Shown here one piece after another: positions 57,979 through 64,000 of a stretch of 64,000 nt of DNA. Source of the stretch: Myxococcota bacterium (GTDB lineage Bacteria > Myxococcota > JAJVIH01); assembly GCA_022072125.1 (NCBI GenBank), contig JAJVIH010000018.1, positions 27,868-91,867 on the forward strand, given 5' to 3'. Position 1 is the stretch's first letter. Every line of letters begins with the position of its first letter. The notes under the pieces were generated by a model. That model saw only the letters and a program-made list of their open reading frames with translations. It did no database searches and was not told the DNA's origin. Position numbers and translations under genes: made by a program.

Positions 57979-59898
57979 ATGCTCCGGCTGACGTTGCATT
58001 TTGGCCTCTCCAACCAGCATTCCGTGGAATTTCAATCCGGCGAGGTGATGATCGGGCGCAAGCCCCATTGTTCCATCGCCATTGTGGACCCCCGTATCTC
58101 CGGCCAGCACGCCCGGCTGTACCTGCAAGGGTCTGACTGGATTTTTGAAGACCTGTTTTCCACCAATGGTTCGATGATCCACCGGTCGGGGCAGCGCACG
58201 GTGGTGGCTCCAGGGGCGCCTGGGCGGCAGAAAATCCTGACCGGCGACGAACTGCTGCTCGGCGATGCGGACACGCCCATCGTCATCCGGGTGGACGAAG
58301 CCGCCGCCGGCGAAACCCCGTCTCCGGCGCGTGAAACCGTGGTGGCGGTGCGCGCTCTCAAGCCTACGTTTGAACTGCCCCCCCGGGTTCGCGAGGACGG
58401 GGCCGCGCTGCGCGACCTGTGCCAGTTCATGGGCGAACAGGCGCGCACCTCCGAACTCGCCGATCAGTTCGTGGGGCTCTTTCGCTTTTTCCAGAAACGC
58501 TTCAGCGGGGATATCTGGTTTTACGCTGCGCTCCGCGATTTCCCCCAGGGCGAGTTCCGCAAGGCGTTCAGCCGGTCCTCCTCGGGCAAGGAGCCGGCGG
58601 ACGGCGCGCCGCCGTCCCTGCGCGAGCGGCTGCTGTCGGAGAAACAGGCCATCCTGCTCAAGGAGACCCGCGGCGCCCAGCAGTCCGAGCCGGCCGCCGC
58701 CAGCGGGGTGGACTCCATCATGGCCGCCCCATTGATGGACCACGCGGGGAAGGTATTCGGGCTGTTCCTGCTCAGCCGCCGCGGCAGGGAATTCGACGAG
58801 GCCGATCTTGCCCTGTTCGCCGCCGCCGCCGCCCATGCGGGATCGACCTTTGAAACCATCCGCCTGGTGGATGAATTGAAGGCCGCCCGCGAACAACTCT
58901 CCGCCAGCAACAAGACCCTTCTGCAGGATATCGCCAAATCCCGGAGCGCTCCCCTGCTGATTGGCGAGAGCCCCGCCATCCGCAAGGTGCTGAAGGCGTC
59001 GGACGCCGTGGCTGGGTCCGATTCCACCGTGCTCATCCAGGGGGAAACCGGCGTGGGCAAGGAGGTGCTGGCCCGGCATATTCATGGCCGGTCCGCCCGC
59101 GCCGATCGCTACTTCGCCGCGGTCAACTGCGGCGCGCTGACCGCCACCCTGCTGGAAAGCGAACTCTTCGGCCATGTCAAGGGCGCCTTCACCGGCGCCA
59201 CCAGCAACAAGAAGGGGTATTTCTCCATCGCCAATCACGGCACGCTGTTCCTGGATGAAATCGGCGAAATTCCCCTGCAGCTTCAGGTCAAGCTGCTGCG
59301 CGTGCTCCAGGAAGGCGAGTTCTGGCCGGTCGGCGCCGACAAGCCCGAGACCTGCGACGTGCGCATCCTCGCCGCCACCAATCGCGTGCTGGAAACCGAA
59401 GTCAAGGAAGGGCGCTTCCGCGAGGACCTGTATTTCCGCCTCAATGTCTTTCCGATTCGCGTACCGCCGCTGCGGGAAAGACAGGAGGACATTCCTTTGC
59501 TGGTCAACCACCTGCTGGAGCGCCTGCGCGAACGCCATCCCAACGCACCGCAAAAACTGACCGAGCGCGCCATGGCCTGTCTGTGCGCCTTCCCCTGGCC
59601 GGGAAATATCCGCCAGCTTTCCAACGAACTGGAACGCGCCTGCCTGCTCAGCGGCCACTCCACCCATATTGACGTGGACGCGCTGTCTCCCGAAATCGCC
59701 GGCGAAGACGACCCCGATGTGGTCACCGTGGACGGCACCGGGCGCGAAACCCTCAAGGAAACCATGCGCCGCCTGGAAAAGGGCGTCATCAAGCGGGCTC
59801 TCGACGAGCACCACAACAACAAGACCGCCACCGCCCGGGCGCTGGGCATTTCCCGGCAGGCCCTGCTGCTCAAGATCAACATGCTTGGCGTGGATTGA
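57979..59898 (+). CDS. Sigma54-dependent transcriptional activator with N-terminal FHA domain and GAF-like domain (FHA-GAF-AAA+-HTH)
   Basis: FHA core (VMIGRKPHCSIAIVDPRISGQHARL...GSTNGSMI). AAA+ sigma54-interaction domain (GETGVGKEV...GAFTGA...EGEFWPVG). C-terminal Fis-type HTH (TATARALGISRQALLLKI). The large - strand ORF 57847..60516 is its shadow. Confidence 0.85.
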   Translation: MLRLTLHFGLSNQHSVEFQSGEVMIGRKPHCSIAIVDPRISGQHARLYLQGSDWIFEDLFSTNGSMIHRSGQRTVVAPGAPGRQKILTGDELLLGDADTPIVIRVDEAAAGETPSPARETVVAVRALKPTFELPPRVREDGAALRDLCQFMGEQARTSELADQFVGLFRFFQKRFSGDIWFYAALRDFPQGEFRKAFSRSSSGKEPADGAPPSLRERLLSEKQAILLKETRGAQQSEPAAASGVDSIMAAPLMDHAGKVFGLFLLSRRGREFDEADLALFAAAAAHAGSTFETIRLVDELKAAREQLSASNKTLLQDIAKSRSAPLLIGESPAIRKVLKASDAVAGSDSTVLIQGETGVGKEVLARHIHGRSARADRYFAAVNCGALTATLLESELFGHVKGAFTGATSNKKGYFSIANHGTLFLDEIGEIPLQLQVKLLRVLQEGEFWPVGADKPETCDVRILAATNRVLETEVKEGRFREDLYFRLNVFPIRVPPLRERQEDIPLLVNHLLERLRERHPNAPQKLTERAMACLCAFPWPGNIRQLSNELERACLLSGHSTHIDVDALSPEIAGEDDPDVVTVDGTGRETLKETMRRLEKGVIKRALDEHHNNKTATARALGISRQALLLKINMLGVD

Positions 59899-60084
59899 TC
59901 GCCATCCCCTGGCGGCTTGCTTTCCGCCAGCGCATCCCGCGCCGCCCGCCTGGCGGCCCTCACCCCGTTTTGAGTCTCTTTCTCCGCCCGCTCGCGCGCC
60001 TTCCCTGGCCATGGCGGCGGATTCGACAGCGGGAGCGCGGATCGGTAACCTTGCCGCAATTTGCATGGCGCCGGGAGGTGAACA

Positions 60085-61482
<1,398 letters not shown>

Positions 61483-61678
61483 CCAGCGATTGATGCATGT
61501 TCCGGCGATCCCCGCGCGCGGAATGGCGGCATCCCGCGCCGGGAGCCCTCGACGGCGTTGAACTTGCCCGCAGAGCATAACAGGCTCCGGTCTTGATCCG
61601 CCGGGCCGCCTGGACACCGCCCAGCAAGGGAGGAAGCCCCACGGAAAACCGGTGTGAACAGCAAACTTCGCTAGCGCC

Positions 61679-61738
61679 ATTGAACCTGAACAAGTGAACT
61701 GGCAAAATGCTGGTCTCACGCCGGAGTTCAACTTCAAA
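61679..61738 (+). promoter_or_regulatory. Operator-like element: three direct TGAAC repeats overlapping a candidate promoter, with an inverted GTTCA ~27 nt downstream, upstream of the exonuclease-ligase operon
   Basis: TTGAAC c TGAAC aag TGAAC tgg CAAAAT ...(27 nt)... GTTCA ac TTCAA. Reads as TTGAAC - 17 nt - CAAAAT. Lower-GC stretch ~60 nt upstream of the ATG at 61763. Confidence 0.35.
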
Positions 61739-61762
61739 ATTCCCGGCGTCTGACTGGCATCC

Positions 61763-62746
61763 ATGGACCTCGTGATTCCCCACCCGCGCGGACTGTACTG
61801 CCCGCCGGGAGATTTTTTCATTGACCCGCGCCGCGGCGTGCAGACCGCCGTGATCACCCACGCCCACTCCGACCATGTGGCGCCCGGAAGCGGCGGTTAT
61901 ATCTGTTCATCGCGTTGCGCCCCCCTGGTGCGCCAGCGCATTGGCGCCCGTTTCAACATCCGGCCCGTGGAATACGGAGAAAAATTCCGGCTGGGCGGAT
62001 GCTGGGTGTCGCTGCATCCCGCTGGACATATCCTGGGTTCGGCGCAGGTGCGCATCGAATGGCGGGACGAGGTCTGGGTGGTGTCGGGAGATTACAAACG
62101 CGATCCCGACCCATCCTGCGAGCCCTTTGAAGTGGTCGCCTGTGATGTCTTCATCACCGAAACCACCTTTGGTTCGCCGCTCTACCAATGGCGTCCTGGC
62201 GAGGAGATCGCCAGGGAAGTGCTGGCTTGGCGCGGGCAGGCGCGGGAGTGCGGGCGGAACTGCATTCTCTATTGTTATTCCCTGGGCAAGGCCCAGCGCC
62301 TGCTGGCCGAACTGGGGCGGCTGGACGCCGGCGTTGTGTATCTCCATGGCGCCCATCTGGCCCCCACCATCGCCTACCATGAGATGGGGATTCCCATGGC
62401 GAAATTCCAACTCGCCGGCGACGCCTCGAAACGTGAACTGATTCAGGGCGAACTGGTGCTGGCGCCGCCCAACGCGCGCGGAACCAAATGGGAGGCCAGC
62501 CTGGGCGAATGTGAAACCGCGTTCGCCTCCGGGTGGATGGCCCTCGCCAACGCCCGCCGCAACAAGGGCTACGACCGCGGCTTTGTCATCTCCGACCATG
62601 CAGACTGGAACTCGCTGCTGCGCACCATCCGCGAAACCGGCGCCCGGCGCGTCATCGCCATGCATGGCGACGCGGCGGCCCTGGTGCAAACCCTGCGCGA
62701 ACAGGGGTTGCAGGCGGAAGAACTGGCGGAAGCCCGCGCGGTCTGA
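61763..62746 (+). CDS. Ligase-associated DNA damage response exonuclease (metallo-beta-lactamase fold)
   Basis: MBL signature VITHAHSDHV, downstream His/Asp ligands (HPAGHILGS, SGDYKRD, ...HGD). Immediately followed (5-nt gap) by an ATP-dependent DNA ligase gene. Confidence 0.7.
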   Translation: MDLVIPHPRGLYCPPGDFFIDPRRGVQTAVITHAHSDHVAPGSGGYICSSRCAPLVRQRIGARFNIRPVEYGEKFRLGGCWVSLHPAGHILGSAQVRIEWRDEVWVVSGDYKRDPDPSCEPFEVVACDVFITETTFGSPLYQWRPGEEIAREVLAWRGQARECGRNCILYCYSLGKAQRLLAELGRLDAGVVYLHGAHLAPTIAYHEMGIPMAKFQLAGDASKRELIQGELVLAPPNARGTKWEASLGECETAFASGWMALANARRNKGYDRGFVISDHADWNSLLRTIRETGARRVIAMHGDAAALVQTLREQGLQAEELAEARAV

Positions 62747-62751
62747 AAGCC

Positions 62752-64000
62752 ATGGATGCGCTGGTTCAATTGGTTCGCGCGCTCGAAGGCCTTGGCGATC
62801 CCGCGCGCAGAATCGAGGCGCTGGCGCGCGCATGGAGGGCGTCCGCTCCTGCCTGCTCCGCATGGATGCTGTCGCTGCTGACAGGACGGCGACCGCGCCG
62901 TCTCGTGAACCCGGAAGACCTGCTCCCGGAAAGCGCCCGCGCCGCGGGCATGGCCCCATGGCTGTTTGAAGATTGCATCCGCCGCTCCGGAGATATCGCC
63001 GAGGTGATCGCGCTGACCTGCCGTCAGGAAGCGGGCGTCACCGGGGAAATCCCGCTGGAGCGCTGGATGGAGAACGAGTTTCCGATCATGCGGGCCCTGC
63101 CGCCCGGGGAGCGCGCCTCCAGGCTGATGGAATGGCGCCGGCGCGCGCCCCGGGAACATCTGCTCATTCTCAACCAGTTGGCGTGCGGAACCTTCCGGCT
63201 TGCCGCCGCACGGAATGAACTGGCGGCGGCGCTGCGCCAGGTTCTGGGAGTTCCCGCCCCGCTGCTGGCCTGGCGCCTGATGCAGGACTGGACGCCATCG
63301 GCGGATTTCTGGCGTGCGCTTGGCGATCCCGCTGGTGGTGATGTGGAGTTGACCCGTATTCCGGAGACCAGCGTCCCAATGGAAATCCGGTTGAACGATC
63401 TGGCGGAAGAGAATGCGGACAACTGGCAGGCCTTCTGGGTTCCCCGTGGCGAATCAGCGCAACTCATCCGGCGCCGCGGCGGTACGCTGCTGTGGCGGAT
63501 GGAGGAACAGGACTGGATGATCTGCCCGGATGAACTGGAAGCGGCGGCGCGGAACCTCCCTGACCGGACCGTGCTGCTGGGCGTCGTCGAAAACGGCGAG
63601 GCGGCCAAGCCGGCCAGGAAGAACACTTCCCGCAAGCCCGCGGACGAGACGGATATCCGCTTCATCGCGATGGATATCCTGGAATGGAAGGGTGAAGACA
63701 CCCGGCTATCGCCATTCGCCGATCGCCGCATGCAACTGGACCAGTCGCTTGGCGGCGCTGGCGCCCTGACGCCGCAAGCAGCCATTCCCGCCAGCGGGTG
63801 GAACGAACTGACCATGGCGCACCGCCAGTCACGGGCGCGGGGCTATCGCGGTCTCGACTTGCGGCGGCGGCAGGATGGCGGCGAATGGTTCCGTTGTCTG
63901 GCGGACCCGCTGGTGTTTCACTGCGTGCTGACCTCGTACCGGCAGGAGTCCTGGAGCGAGGAAGCGGAATTGACCTTCGCGGTTTGGGACGGCAGGGGTC
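62752..64000 (+). CDS. ATP-dependent DNA ligase, ligase-associated (cisplatin-damage-response type), 3' truncated by the window edge; catalytic motifs appear degenerate
   Basis: Open frame from the ATG at 62752 to the window end. Absent from the ORF track because there is no stop. N-terminal DNA-binding-domain-like region (HLLILNQLACGTFRLA). Adenylation-domain landmarks (SVPMEIRLNDL..., IRFIAMDILEWKGEDTRLSPFADRRMQL). At the expected motif I (E-x-K-x-D-G-x-R) the sequence is FWVPRGES. Confidence 0.6.
   Translation, partial: MDALVQLVRALEGLGDPARRIEALARAWRASAPACSAWMLSLLTGRRPRRLVNPEDLLPESARAAGMAPWLFEDCIRRSGDIAEVIALTCRQEAGVTGEIPLERWMENEFPIMRALPPGERASRLMEWRRRAPREHLLILNQLACGTFRLAAARNELAAALRQVLGVPAPLLAWRLMQDWTPSADFWRALGDPAGGDVELTRIPETSVPMEIRLNDLAEENADNWQAFWVPRGESAQLIRRRGGTLLWRMEEQDWMICPDELEAAARNLPDRTVLLGVVENGEAAKPARKNTSRKPADETDIRFIAMDILEWKGEDTRLSPFADRRMQLDQSLGGAGALTPQAAIPASGWNELTMAHRQSRARGYRGLDLRRRQDGGEWFRCLADPLVFHCVLTSYRQESWSEEAELTFAVWDGRG

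Overview
High-GC (~67%) bacterial chromosomal window. Cys-rich 'myxo-type' repeats, choice-of-anchor-D/Ig-like repeat lipoproteins, FHA-sigma54 activators, a GldG/DUF4340 pair and PilZ make a Myxococcota-like origin plausible, but this is inferred and not verified. About 50 protein genes and one tRNA are supported.

Most of the window is housekeeping: thrC, ilvA, asd, purM, tyrS, cobA-hemD, sthA, norZ, ldhA-like and a tryptophanase family lyase. These are interleaved with envelope, secretion and regulatory genes:
- a 1395-aa internally duplicated membrane protein
- a 1210-aa repeat lipoprotein
- a TolC-ExbB-ExbD operon
- two orphan GspE/PilB-family ATPases
- tandem sigma54 enhancer-binding proteins
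- a penicillin-acylase-family lipoprotein
- an RpoH-like sigma factor with an acidic N-terminal extension
- a MBL-fold exonuclease followed by an ATP-dependent DNA ligase (3' truncated at the window edge) whose catalytic motifs appear degenerate.

No CRISPR arrays, transposases or integrases were recognised. Many long ORFs in the six-frame track are antisense 'shadow' ORFs typical of high-GC DNA and were rejected.

Most interesting observations:
- the apparently dead ligase, with a TGAAC direct-repeat operator-like element upstream
- a permuted aconitase-family hydratase carrying an AT-rich rare-codon island
- the duplicated giant membrane protein
- a PAS sensor with a HisKA domain but no ATPase domain
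- a perfect 13-bp hairpin upstream of ilvA.

All family assignments rest on motif recognition by eye, with no database search.
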